DNA of 64,000 nt from an uncultured Bacilli bacterium (GTDB taxonomy: Bacteria > Bacillota_I > Bacilli_A > RF39 > UBA660): positions 4,682 to 68,681 of the forward strand of contig CAKOJR010000001.1 of assembly GCA_934090735.1 (NCBI GenBank). The letters are read 5' to 3'. A program made the position numbers and the translations under genes. The notes beneath the pieces are model-generated. The model worked only from the letters and a program-made list of their open reading frames with translations. It did not search any database and was not told the DNA's origin. Below are positions 29,938-39,735 of this stretch, one piece after another (the stretch's first letter is position 1; each line of letters starts with the position of its first letter).

Positions 29938-30504
29938 ATGGAAGAAAAAGGATTTTTTAGTATTAGTGAAGATTTGATTCCAAATGGAACAGAGGTTTAT
30001 GTTTTTCATGGATCTAGTAATAATAATATAGAAGGGTTTGAAGATGGTGCTTATATTAAGGGAACTATAGTAGGGCATAGAGTATCTGAAAATTTATCTA
30101 CAGATTATTATAGAGATTCTGCTTGGTGTGAGTTTATTTATTCAATTGTTGGTGAAAATGGTAAAACTTATGAAGCAACTTATGGTAGTGCATTAATTGG
30201 TAGTTTTTTTATTAGAACTCAAAAAGATTTCTTAAAGTATTTAGTTACTGCAATAAAGGATAATTTAATTAAAGTTACAGAATTAAATAAACAAAATAAA
30301 ATTCTTAGCGAAACATTAAAAACTGTTATGACAGATGAAATGAGTGTTGGAGGAATAAAACCATCTAGTGCTTATGATAAAGATTTTATGACTATTGCTG
30401 AAGCTATGTCTAATATGAAATATGATGCTAACCTTACTGGTGAAGAGATAAGCGAATATGGTGATTCTGGAAAATCTGGTGAAACACCTAAAGGATTAAT
30501 GTAA
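29938..30504 (+). CDS. Hypothetical protein
   Basis: 188-aa ORF with SD, no recognised domain. Confidence 0.45.
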   Translation: MEEKGFFSISEDLIPNGTEVYVFHGSSNNNIEGFEDGAYIKGTIVGHRVSENLSTDYYRDSAWCEFIYSIVGENGKTYEATYGSALIGSFFIRTQKDFLKYLVTAIKDNLIKVTELNKQNKILSETLKTVMTDEMSVGGIKPSSAYDKDFMTIAEAMSNMKYDANLTGEEISEYGDSGKSGETPKGLM

Positions 30505-30568
30505 TCGATAAACAGGCTTGATAGTCTGTTTTTTATGTTATAATATTGTATGTTTGAAGGTGATAATA

Positions 30569-31108
30569 ATGAAGTATTTAGTGCTACTTAGAGGAGTTAA
30601 TATTAGTGGTAAAAATAAAGTAAATATGGGCATACTTAAAGATTCGTTAGTAAGTGATGGGTATCTTTCTGTTAAAACTTATTTGAATAGTGGTAATATC
30701 ATATTGGAAAGTGATTTAGATAAAGATAAAATAGTTAGAGATATGGCATGTATCATTAAAGATAAATTTGATGTTAGTGTTCCGGTTTTTATTATAGATT
30801 TTAATAAATTAAAAGATATTTTAAATAATAATCCAAAGTGGTGGGGAACTAATAATAAAGAAATGTATGATAATCTTATTTTTATAATGCCTGGAGTTAG
30901 TGCTGGTGAAGTTTGTGATGCTCTTGGGAAGCCTTCAGATGATATTGAGAAAGTTTATGTTTATGATAATGTAATATTTTGGTCATTTAAATTAGATAGT
31001 TATAGGAAAGCTAATTGGTGGATTAAGACGGCAAGTACTGATATAAAAGATGATATTACAATCAGAACGGCTGGTACTGTAAGAAAACTTTTGGAAATGG
31101 GTAAGTAA
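30569..31108 (+). CDS. DUF1697 family protein
   Basis: MKYLVLLRGVNISGKNKV...YLNSGNIIL matches the DUF1697 N-terminal signature. Confidence 0.6.
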   Translation: MKYLVLLRGVNISGKNKVNMGILKDSLVSDGYLSVKTYLNSGNIILESDLDKDKIVRDMACIIKDKFDVSVPVFIIDFNKLKDILNNNPKWWGTNNKEMYDNLIFIMPGVSAGEVCDALGKPSDDIEKVYVYDNVIFWSFKLDSYRKANWWIKTASTDIKDDITIRTAGTVRKLLEMGK

Positions 31109-31110
31109 TT

Positions 31111-31596
31111 GTGAATAAAGAAGAAATATATGATTTTATAAAGAAAAGAGAAATTTGGTTTGAGATAACTAATCATAAAGCTGTTTATTCTATGGAAGAT
31201 TTAAAGGATGTAAAACTTCCTTATAGAGAAGGCAATGCTAAAAATTTATTTGTACGTGATGATAAGAAAAAAAATTATTATTTAATTATGGTTAAGGAAA
31301 AAAAGCGTGTTAATTTATCTTTATTTAAAGAAAAACATAATACTAGGCGTTTGTCTTTTGCTAGTTGTGAAGATTTGGAAAGAATTCTTGGACTTTTTCC
31401 CGGGGCTGTTAGTCCTTTAGGTATACTTAATGATAAAGACAGGCAAGTTAAATTTTATTTAGACAGTGATTTTCATGATGAGGATATTATTGGGATGCAT
31501 CCAAATGATAATACAGCGACGTTGTGGCTTAAGGTAAAGGATTTAAAGGATATTGTTAAAGAGCATGGTAATGAAGTTTATGAGGCAGAGTTATGA
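31111..31596 (+). CDS. YbaK/ProX-like aminoacyl-tRNA deacylase domain protein
   Basis: GAVSPLG motif and overall YbaK/EbsC pattern; GTG start. Confidence 0.55.
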   Translation: MNKEEIYDFIKKREIWFEITNHKAVYSMEDLKDVKLPYREGNAKNLFVRDDKKKNYYLIMVKEKKRVNLSLFKEKHNTRRLSFASCEDLERILGLFPGAVSPLGILNDKDRQVKFYLDSDFHDEDIIGMHPNDNTATLWLKVKDLKDIVKEHGNEVYEAEL

Positions 31597-32480
31597 TTTT
31601 GTTTGCAAGTGGTAGAACTGATATTCCTGCTTTTTATTCTAAGTGGTTTGTAAATAGAGTAAATGTTGGATTTGTTGATGTGAGAAATCCATTTAATTCT
31701 AGGCTCGTAAGCAGAATTAATTTTAGTGATGTAGATTTAATTATGTTTTGTAGTAAGAATCCATTACCAATGATTGATAAGCTGGAAAAGATAAAAGTAC
31801 CAGTTTTGTTTCATGTAACAATAACACCATATGACAAGGAGATTGAACCTAATATACCTGATAAGAGATTGATTATTGAAGGAGTAAAGAATTTATCTTT
31901 AGTTCTTGGTGCAGATAATGTTGTGGTTAGATATGATCCAATATTTTTGAGTGAAAAGTATAATATTAATTATCATATAAAAGCTTTTGATAAATTATGT
32001 AAAAGGTTAAATGGTTATGTTAATAAAATAATAGTATCTTTTATGGATGAGTATAAGAATGTTATAAATAATAGGAATATATTAAAGTACCGAGCTTTTA
32101 CCAGAGATGATTATAAGAAAATAAGTGAAGCTTTTAGTAAGAGTGCTAGAGATAATGGGATGAGTGTTCAAACTTGTTTTGAGGATGAGGACTTAAGCGA
32201 GTATGGATTTATTAAGGGTGAGTGTTTGTCTCATGAACTAGCTTATATTTTAACTGGTAAGAAATTTAGAAGTAGTAATGTTAGAAAAGAGAAGAAGTGT
32301 GAGTGCGTGCAAATGGTTGATATTGGGGATTATAATTCATGCATGCATATGTGTAAATATTGTTATGCTAATTATGACGAAAAAACAGTAAGTAGTAATT
32401 TTAAGAGGCATCTTGATAATTCTTCTTTACTTATTGGAACTATTCAAAGTGATGATGTAATAAAGGTTAGAAAAAAATAA
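31593..32480 (+). CDS. DUF1848 family protein
   Basis: MILFASGRTDIPAFYSKWFVNR N-terminus typical of DUF1848; C-terminal Cys cluster CECV...CMHMCKYC. Confidence 0.55.
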   Translation: MILFASGRTDIPAFYSKWFVNRVNVGFVDVRNPFNSRLVSRINFSDVDLIMFCSKNPLPMIDKLEKIKVPVLFHVTITPYDKEIEPNIPDKRLIIEGVKNLSLVLGADNVVVRYDPIFLSEKYNINYHIKAFDKLCKRLNGYVNKIIVSFMDEYKNVINNRNILKYRAFTRDDYKKISEAFSKSARDNGMSVQTCFEDEDLSEYGFIKGECLSHELAYILTGKKFRSSNVRKEKKCECVQMVDIGDYNSCMHMCKYCYANYDEKTVSSNFKRHLDNSSLLIGTIQSDDVIKVRKK

Positions 32481-32511
32481 AAAGTATGTTATACTTGTGA
32501 TAGGAGGATAT

Positions 32512-32757
32512 ATGAGGAAGTTAGAAGTAAATCGTATTTATAAGCATTTTAAGGGTGATTATTACATAGTTCTTGGAACTGGGATTAATTCGGAAACTTT
32601 AGAGGAGTATGTTATTTATAGGGCATTATATGGTGAAGGCAAAGTTTATTTAAGGGAGATTAATAATTTTTTAAGTGAAGTTGATCATGAGAAGTATCCT
32701 AATGTTAAGCAAAAATACCGCTTAGAGTTACAAGTGATAGAAAGTGTGAAGAAATGA
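32512..32757 (+). CDS. DUF1653 family protein
   Basis: YKHFKGDYY...YVIYRALYGEGKVYLR pattern; AGGAGGA SD. Confidence 0.55.
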   Translation: MRKLEVNRIYKHFKGDYYIVLGTGINSETLEEYVIYRALYGEGKVYLREINNFLSEVDHEKYPNVKQKYRLELQVIESVKK

Positions 32758-33287
32758 TTTTATATCATGTTGATAGAAGTGGGCATTTAGCTACTGGAAT
32801 GAAGATTGATCTTGTTAAGAATTTTGAAAGATTAGTTCCAGAATATTATTTTGAGGGTTTATCTAGTCATGGAGTTCAATATTATTTAAGAGATTATAAA
32901 AGTAAAGATGATACTTTAGAAGCAGTATTTGAGTATGAAAGAAGGCTACATTATAGTGATAGATTTTCTAGGTTAACGTCTTTTTATGCGTCTGATGCGG
33001 CTAGTGTGTTAAAGGGAATTGAAAAAAGAAAAATGGATGAAGTCTTTTATAAGATTTATGAGATTGAAGTTAGTGATGATTGTTATCAGAAGTATGTTAT
33101 GAACTTAGTTAGAGGTTGGAATATGGAGAGCACAATTTATTATGCTAGGTGTTATTGGGAAAATAAAAAAGATGATATTTTTAAAGCGGATGATGAACCT
33201 TTTTATGAGTATTTGGTAAAGTTACCTGTTGTAATAGGTAAGGAAGTTACTAAGAAAGAATTAGAGTTGATTGTTTCAGTAAAATAG
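32754..33287 (+). CDS. Hypothetical protein
   Basis: 177-aa ORF overlapping previous stop; terminator after. Confidence 0.45.
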   Translation: MILYHVDRSGHLATGMKIDLVKNFERLVPEYYFEGLSSHGVQYYLRDYKSKDDTLEAVFEYERRLHYSDRFSRLTSFYASDAASVLKGIEKRKMDEVFYKIYEIEVSDDCYQKYVMNLVRGWNMESTIYYARCYWENKKDDIFKADDEPFYEYLVKLPVVIGKEVTKKELELIVSVK

Positions 33288-33318
33288 AATGAGGATTTAA
33301 TGGATTCTCATTTTTTTA
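33288..33318 (+). terminator. Rho-independent terminator
   Basis: aatgaggat/attctcatt hairpin followed by T7. Confidence 0.5.
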
Positions 33319-33382
33319 GCATCTTGACAAATCTACTGATAAATGTTAAAATATCAGTAGATTTGTCAAAAAGGAGAAATTT

Positions 33383-34009
33383 ATGAAAGAGATAACTATT
33401 GAGAAGTTTAAGGAAGAGGGCAATATAGAAATTGTTAAATTTCTTATGAAAATAAATAATGGGTATGTTACTTCAAAAGATTTAGATAATTATGGTGTAC
33501 ATAGAATGTATCTTAATATAATGCTTAAAAAAGGATTTATTGAAAAAGTAGCTCCTGGCGTATATATGGATAGTAGTAAAATTGAAGATAAATATTATAT
33601 ATTTAGTTTAAGTATGCCAAATACAATATATTCTCATATGACAGCACTTTATTTTCATGGACTATCTATTAAAGCACCAGATAATAGGTATGATATAACG
33701 GTAAGGAAAACTTATAATAGTATACATCTTAAAGAGCATAATGTATTTTATGTTTGTGATGATATATATGAATTAGGTCTTACGGAGATAGAAACTCCAA
33801 TGGGAAATAAGGTTAGAGTTTATGATATGGAAAGATGTATATGTGATATTATTCGTTCTAAAAACAGAATAGATTTTGAACATGTTAAGTATAGTATAAG
33901 ACAGTATCTTAAAAGGAAGGATAAGGATCTTGTCAAACTTTCTAAATATGCTGATATAATGGGAATTAAAAATCAAGTAATGAATTTCTTGGAGATATTT
34001 TATGAATAG
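33383..34009 (+). CDS. AbiEi-like antitoxin/transcriptional regulator (type IV toxin-antitoxin / abortive infection)
   Basis: N-terminal AbiEi-like domain, positioned immediately upstream of and overlapping an AbiEii-type gene. Confidence 0.6.
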   Translation: MKEITIEKFKEEGNIEIVKFLMKINNGYVTSKDLDNYGVHRMYLNIMLKKGFIEKVAPGVYMDSSKIEDKYYIFSLSMPNTIYSHMTALYFHGLSIKAPDNRYDITVRKTYNSIHLKEHNVFYVCDDIYELGLTEIETPMGNKVRVYDMERCICDIIRSKNRIDFEHVKYSIRQYLKRKDKDLVKLSKYADIMGIKNQVMNFLEIFYE

Positions 34010-34838
34010 TATGCAACTTAAGGCTAAAATAAAAAATATATCAAAAGAAAAAAATATTGATTTTAATACGTTACTTAGACTATATATGTATGATAGATAT
34101 TTAGAAAGACTTTCAAAAAGTAAGTATATAGATAATTTTATTTTAAAGGGTGGCTTTTATTTAAGTGTTTTATTTGGTGTAGAAAACAGGGCTACTATGG
34201 ATATTGATACAGCTTTTAGAAATGCAGATTTTAATGAAGAAACATTAGTTCAAATGATAAAAGAGATACTTTCTATAAATGTAAATGATAATGCAAAGTT
34301 AAATTATGTTAGTATAGTACCTATTAGAGATGAAGATGAGTATGGTGGCTTTAGGGTCACAATATTGGTTGAATATGAAAATATTAAGCAATCATTTCAT
34401 ATTGATATTGCAACAGGTGATCCAATAACTCCTAAAGAGATAAGATATAAATATTTACCATTACTTGGTGACGATTATATAAATTTATATGCTTATAATA
34501 TAGAAACTGTCTTAGCTGAAAAAATAGAAACGATTTTAAGCAGGCTTGAACTAAATGGAAGAACAAGAGATTTTTACGATATATTTTTAATTTACTCAAA
34601 AGAATGGAATAATGTTAATATTGAACATTTTAAGAAAGCAGTAAATAAGACATTTGATAAAAGAGGATATAGCGGAAATTTATGTAATTCTTTAAACATT
34701 ATAAAAAATAGTATTGTATTAAAAGAACGATGGAAAAGATATCAAAGTAATTTTTTATATGCTAGAAATATAGAATATGAGGAAATAATGAATTGCTTAG
34801 AAGAAATGTTAAAATACATAAAAAAATATGAGTATTAG
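34002..34838 (+). CDS. AbiEii/AbiGii-family nucleotidyltransferase toxin (DUF1814)
   Basis: LKAKIKNISKEKNIDFNTLLRLYMYDRYLERLSKSKY..FILKGG...MDIDTAF matches the AbiEii N-terminal and NTase pattern. Confidence 0.65.
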   Translation: MNSMQLKAKIKNISKEKNIDFNTLLRLYMYDRYLERLSKSKYIDNFILKGGFYLSVLFGVENRATMDIDTAFRNADFNEETLVQMIKEILSINVNDNAKLNYVSIVPIRDEDEYGGFRVTILVEYENIKQSFHIDIATGDPITPKEIRYKYLPLLGDDYINLYAYNIETVLAEKIETILSRLELNGRTRDFYDIFLIYSKEWNNVNIEHFKKAVNKTFDKRGYSGNLCNSLNIIKNSIVLKERWKRYQSNFLYARNIEYEEIMNCLEEMLKYIKKYEY

Positions 34839-35947
34839 TTCTCATATTTTTTATATTCTTTTAAGAAGAAGTCATCGGTCATACCTGCGATGTAGTCGAT
34901 AGCAATTCTTTCTGGAGTGTTTCGTCTATATTTTTCATTTTTGTTTTTTATAAATATTTTGTAGATGTTACTATCTGTGTTATTATCTTTAATGTCTTTT
35001 AGTAGATGGTTAAATAGGCTTTCAAACATGTTTTCATATTCAGCGAGTTCTTCTTTGGTGTTGGCTTTTGAGTAGATGTTTTCGTAGTTGAATTTTTTTA
35101 GTTTTTTTAAAGCATTGAAGACGTTATCACTCATTTTTAGGTATGGTTTATCTATGCTGTTATTTATAATATCCATTATTAATGTGTTTACTATTTCTTT
35201 GTTGGTTGAACCAATAATGTCAGTTATTTCTTTTGGTAGGTCTTCTTTTTTTATTAGATTAAGACGTTCAGCGTCTTCAATATCTCTTCCTAGATAGGCA
35301 ATGATATCGCTTATTCTAACTACACATCCTTCTAGAGTGTTTGGGATAAGTGTTTTGGTGTATCCTTCAATTTTATAACAGTTTTCATAGTCTTGTAAGA
35401 ACTCTTCAGTTGTTTTCTTTTTTGGATGATATTCTTTTAGTTCAAGTTCTCCATTATGGCATAGGATAGCATCTAGGGTTTGAATAGATAGGTTGATGCC
35501 TTCTCCGTTATTTTCAATATCCATTAATTCTCTTACACTTTGAACATTGTGGTTAAAGTATCCTTCATTATGTTTAAGACTAATTTTATTTAATATTCTT
35601 TCTCCTTCATGACCGAATGGGACATGTCCTAAGTCATGACCTAGAGCAGCTGCTTCAATTAAATCTTCGTTTAGTGATAGAGCTCTACCGATGGTGCGAG
35701 CTATTTTAGAGACTAATTGTACATGAACCATTCTTTTGGAAATGTTGTCATTGTCTTTTAGAGAGAAGACTTGAGTTTTGTCCATATATCTTGTGTAAGA
35801 TGTACTATGAATGATGCGGTCGATGTCTCTAAAGAAGTTTGGTCTAATGTCTTCTTCTATAGGTATTAGTCTTATTGATTCTTTGTCTTTTGCAGCATAG
35901 GGACTATAGAATTTTTCTCTTAATAGCATTCTTTCTTTTATATTCAT
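34835..35947 (-). CDS. dGTP triphosphohydrolase-like HD-domain phosphohydrolase
   Basis: HSTSYTRYMDKTQVF...GHDLGHVPFGHEGE HD motif typical of the Dgt family; 370 aa. Confidence 0.8.
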   Translation of the reverse strand: MNIKERMLLREKFYSPYAAKDKESIRLIPIEEDIRPNFFRDIDRIIHSTSYTRYMDKTQVFSLKDNDNISKRMVHVQLVSKIARTIGRALSLNEDLIEAAALGHDLGHVPFGHEGERILNKISLKHNEGYFNHNVQSVRELMDIENNGEGINLSIQTLDAILCHNGELELKEYHPKKKTTEEFLQDYENCYKIEGYTKTLIPNTLEGCVVRISDIIAYLGRDIEDAERLNLIKKEDLPKEITDIIGSTNKEIVNTLIMDIINNSIDKPYLKMSDNVFNALKKLKKFNYENIYSKANTKEELAEYENMFESLFNHLLKDIKDNNTDSNIYKIFIKNKNEKYRRNTPERIAIDYIAGMTDDFFLKEYKKYEN

Positions 35948-37875
35948 GCTTCCTCCTTAAATACGTATTTATAGTAGTTTGTTTCTAAGATATTTTTTGA
36001 TATTACGAATTTGTTATAGACGGTTGTACTTATTTTATCAACATAGTTGTCTGGTAATTCTTCGTCAGTTGTTTTGGTAAATTTATTGGTGCTCGCATCA
36101 AAGAAGCCTTTTTCAGTTATCCATGAACGATCATTTAAGATAACTAGTCCATCAGCGTTTGATAGGATGTCTCTACCCATTAGAAGTCTTGAGTCAAATT
36201 TAACTCCAAATAGGTTTAAAACTGTAGGAAGGATGTCTAGGCTTTCAGCTAGTTTATCTACTTTAATTGGTTCTTTAATGTCTGATGACCAAATAATTAA
36301 ATTGTTTTTGTGAATATCAAATTTTGGATTGGTAAGTGGGGTAACTTCATTAATTTCATCATTTGTTAGACCATATGGATAGTGGTCTGCAGATAGGACG
36401 ATGACAGTTTTGTCAAGTAAGTTATTATCTTTTAGTTTTGTTAAAAGTTTTTCAAGTGCACGGTCAAGTTCAATTTGTGTTGCTTTATATGCTTTTACGG
36501 CAGTACTGTAGTTAGTGTTTTCAACTAGTGATTTGTTTTTAGCAGCCATATTATTTCCATAGAAGTTATATTCTAAGTGTCCTGATATTGTCATGTAGTA
36601 GGTTACAAATTTTTCTTCATCTTTGTACATATCAAATGTTGCGTCAATCATTTCAATATCACTTTGAGGCCATTTTTTACAGTTCATTAGTTTTTGAAGA
36701 CCATTACCACATGCCATATAGGTGTATCCCATATTTGGATGTGATAGGTTACGATCATAATATTTATATTGTCCATCATGAAAAGCGTATGCTGAGTATC
36801 CTAATTTTTTAAAGATGTTTCCATAGACGTAAGGCAGATAATTTTTACTTGATTTATAGAAAGACCAGACACTTTCTTTAGGTAGGAGACTTGTTAAAGT
36901 AACATATTCACCATCGGATGTACTAACATAATAGATAGGTGAGTACATATTGGTAAAGTTAAATCCTTCATGAACTAGTTTGTATAGAGTTGGAGTTAAG
37001 TCTTTATCTACAGCAAGAGGTGAGAAGGCTTCAGCTGTTATAGCGATTAGATTTTTGCCTTCAAACATACCGGTGTATTTATTTTTTTCGGATGCTTCTT
37101 GACTATTCATATAAAGGTGAATATTTTTTATTTCTTCGTTTGTTTCTGATTCTGCTAGAGTAGCAAAGTCAATGTCTTCTTTGTTGTATTCAATATTTTT
37201 GCTGGCGGGTTTTTCTTCTTCGGTTGTGTCCTCGGTGAAAACGTCGATTGTTTTTTCTTCAAAGTGAATGATTCTTTCTAAGTCAATACGCATTGTTGTT
37301 AGAATGCCGAAGATTTTTGCCGATTGATTAGGTGCGTGTTTATAATAATATAAGTTTTTAGCAGAGTAGATGTCTTTCTTGTCAATGTTTAAAGTAAGAG
37401 TGCAGAATGTAAATAGACCTATAAATATTAGAGTTTTGATAAGGGGGTTTTTGTAGTTAGAATCATTTGTTTCAATATATTTATTAAATACTAATAATAA
37501 GATTGCGGGGATTAGTAATAAAAGAACACATGGAATATTTTTAAGAATAACGGAGATGATTGCTCCCATGAAGCCAAATACTTGTCCTCCATGAACTACT
37601 GAGTAGATACTTATAATGTTTCCATAGAATTTAAAGTTTATTACTTGGGCGATAAATAAAATACTTAGGAAAACGTTTATAGAGATGAATAACCATTTAT
37701 TTACTTTTTTATTAAAGAGACTAGTTATTAGATCATTAAATATACCAAATAGAATGGTAAATATGGTTAAAAATAAAAATCCTTTAAGTGTGAAAGATTT
37801 AAATATAAATAAGTGATATATTAATTCTAAATAATAAATATATATAATTGATAATAATGTTTTTTTGTAATTCAT
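35944..37875 (-). CDS. LtaS-family lipoteichoic acid synthase / sulfatase-domain membrane protein
   Basis: 5 N-terminal TM helices plus extracellular alkaline-phosphatase-like sulfatase domain (NLIAITAEAF...TSDGE...). Confidence 0.75.
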   Translation of the reverse strand: MNYKKTLLSIIYIYYLELIYHLFIFKSFTLKGFLFLTIFTILFGIFNDLITSLFNKKVNKWLFISINVFLSILFIAQVINFKFYGNIISIYSVVHGGQVFGFMGAIISVILKNIPCVLLLLIPAILLLVFNKYIETNDSNYKNPLIKTLIFIGLFTFCTLTLNIDKKDIYSAKNLYYYKHAPNQSAKIFGILTTMRIDLERIIHFEEKTIDVFTEDTTEEEKPASKNIEYNKEDIDFATLAESETNEEIKNIHLYMNSQEASEKNKYTGMFEGKNLIAITAEAFSPLAVDKDLTPTLYKLVHEGFNFTNMYSPIYYVSTSDGEYVTLTSLLPKESVWSFYKSSKNYLPYVYGNIFKKLGYSAYAFHDGQYKYYDRNLSHPNMGYTYMACGNGLQKLMNCKKWPQSDIEMIDATFDMYKDEEKFVTYYMTISGHLEYNFYGNNMAAKNKSLVENTNYSTAVKAYKATQIELDRALEKLLTKLKDNNLLDKTVIVLSADHYPYGLTNDEINEVTPLTNPKFDIHKNNLIIWSSDIKEPIKVDKLAESLDILPTVLNLFGVKFDSRLLMGRDILSNADGLVILNDRSWITEKGFFDASTNKFTKTTDEELPDNYVDKISTTVYNKFVISKNILETNYYKYVFKEEA

Positions 37876-37965
37876 GATACTGCACCTTCATCGAATATTA
37901 TATCATGATATTAATAAATAATTGCTACTTAATTTAGAATAATGTATAATTAGTGTGGTGATAGT

Positions 37966-38703
37966 ATGAATTTTGAACTTAATAGAAATCAGCTTAAGAT
38001 GATAGCAATATTTGCAATGCTTTTTGATCATGCCTTGTGGGTATTATTTCCTGGATATGATAACGGAGTAGTTATTTTACTTTTACATTCGATAGGTAGG
38101 TTAGCCGCTCCGATATTTTGTTTTTTTATAACTGAAGGTTATATTCATACAAGAAATGTTAAGAAGTATGCTTTAAGGTTATTTTTATTTAGTATAGTTT
38201 CACATTTTGCTTATTGTTTTGCATTTGGGATTAATTATATTCCTTTTATTAAGGGTTCTATATTTAATCAAACTAGTGTTATGTGGTCTTTACTTTTGGG
38301 ACTTGTTTCAATAATGATATATGATTCTAAGATGAAAGGAATATATAAGTTTTTGCTTATATGCTTTGTTTGCATTTTAGCGTTTCCAGCTGATTGGAGT
38401 ATGATAGGAACACTTATGGTGCTATATGGATATATTAATAAAGATAATTTTAATAAGAGAATGTTTATTATTCCGTTTTTTACTTTCTTTTATGCTTTAG
38501 TATTTGCAATATTTTTAAATCCCTATTATGGTATTTTACAGATGTGCACAGTTTTTACGATACCATTACTTAAAAGATATAATAATAAGCCAGGTAATTG
38601 TAAGTGGATGAAGTGGTTTTTCTATATTATATATCCGGCACATTTAATTATTTGTGGGCTTATCAGATTAGCACTTCATGGTAATATTCCAGTTATTGGT
38701 TAG
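37966..38703 (+). CDS. TraX-family membrane protein
   Basis: LKMIAIFAMLFDHALWVLFP matches the TraX signature. Confidence 0.6.
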   Translation: MNFELNRNQLKMIAIFAMLFDHALWVLFPGYDNGVVILLLHSIGRLAAPIFCFFITEGYIHTRNVKKYALRLFLFSIVSHFAYCFAFGINYIPFIKGSIFNQTSVMWSLLLGLVSIMIYDSKMKGIYKFLLICFVCILAFPADWSMIGTLMVLYGYINKDNFNKRMFIIPFFTFFYALVFAIFLNPYYGILQMCTVFTIPLLKRYNNKPGNCKWMKWFFYIIYPAHLIICGLIRLALHGNIPVIG

Positions 38704-38763
38704 GGCATTAGTTGTGCCTTTTTTTTATGGTTTGAATACATTATAAGTGAGTAAGGGGGATTT

Positions 38764-39735
38764 ATGAAAAAAAAGATATTGTGCTTGGTAGTATTTGTCG
38801 CAGGTTTATTTTTAGTTATTTTTATGAATAGACATGATAAAGTTAAAGAAAGTTTAAATGTAGTGAAGGTTGCTGAAGTTACTCATAGTGCTTTTTATAC
38901 ACCTTTTTATGTAGCTATAGAAAAAGGATATTTTGAAGAAGAGGGGATAAAGATAGATTTAATTTTAACTAGTGGAGCGAATAATGTTACTGCTGCAGTT
39001 ATATCAGGAGATGTACATGTAGGTTTTTGCGGACCAGAAGCTACTATGTATGTTTATGATAATGGTGAGAAAGATTATTTAGTTTCTTTTGCGGGGCTTA
39101 CTAAAAGAGATGGGCAGTTTATTGTTTCTAGAGAAAAGATAGATAATTTTACGTTATATAGTTTGAAAGGAAAAGAGGTACTTGCTGGTAGACGAGGTGG
39201 AATGCCAATTGTTAACTTTTATAATGCTTTAGAAAAGGAAAATATTACTGACGTTAATGTTAATGATTCAGTAGATTTTGCTAATTTAACTAGCGCATTT
39301 GTTGGTGGTACGGGAGACTTTGTTAATTTATTTGAACCTAATGCGACTAAGCTAGAGAAGATGGGGTATGGTTATGTTTATGATAGTGTTGGAAAGTATT
39401 CTGGTGAAGTACCATATACTGCATTTAATGCTAAGAGAAGTTATGTAAGTGCAAATAAAGATATTATAGATGGTTTTAGAAAAGCAATTAATAAAGGACT
39501 TGTTTATACTTTTAATAATAGTGCTGAAGTAATTGCTAAGGATATTTTAGGTCAGTTTCCAGATACTTCACTTGATGATTTAACTAGTATAATTGATAGA
39601 TATAAAAGAGCAGATAGTTATCTTAATAGTTCTTTTATAAGTGAGAAGTCTTATGATAATTTAACTGATATGTTAATTAAGAATATGATGATTAGTGAAA
39701 GGTTACCTTATAGTACTTTGATTGTAAATGAATGA
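38764..39735 (+). CDS. ABC transporter substrate-binding protein (NMT1/SsuA/TauA-like)
   Basis: Signal anchor then NMT1/THI5-like fold pattern. Confidence 0.7.
   Translation: MKKKILCLVVFVAGLFLVIFMNRHDKVKESLNVVKVAEVTHSAFYTPFYVAIEKGYFEEEGIKIDLILTSGANNVTAAVISGDVHVGFCGPEATMYVYDNGEKDYLVSFAGLTKRDGQFIVSREKIDNFTLYSLKGKEVLAGRRGGMPIVNFYNALEKENITDVNVNDSVDFANLTSAFVGGTGDFVNLFEPNATKLEKMGYGYVYDSVGKYSGEVPYTAFNAKRSYVSANKDIIDGFRKAINKGLVYTFNNSAEVIAKDILGQFPDTSLDDLTSIIDRYKRADSYLNSSFISEKSYDNLTDMLIKNMMISERLPYSTLIVNE

Noticed and set aside
29860-30078. 72-aa minus-strand ORF spanning the lipoprotein gene end and the next gene start
   Set aside because: Overlaps a terminator hairpin and two better-supported plus-strand genes.
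35088-35297. Plus-strand ORF antisense to the dGTPase gene; similarly 36047-36313 and 36588-36812 versus the LtaS gene
   Set aside because: Antisense shadows of well-supported minus-strand genes.
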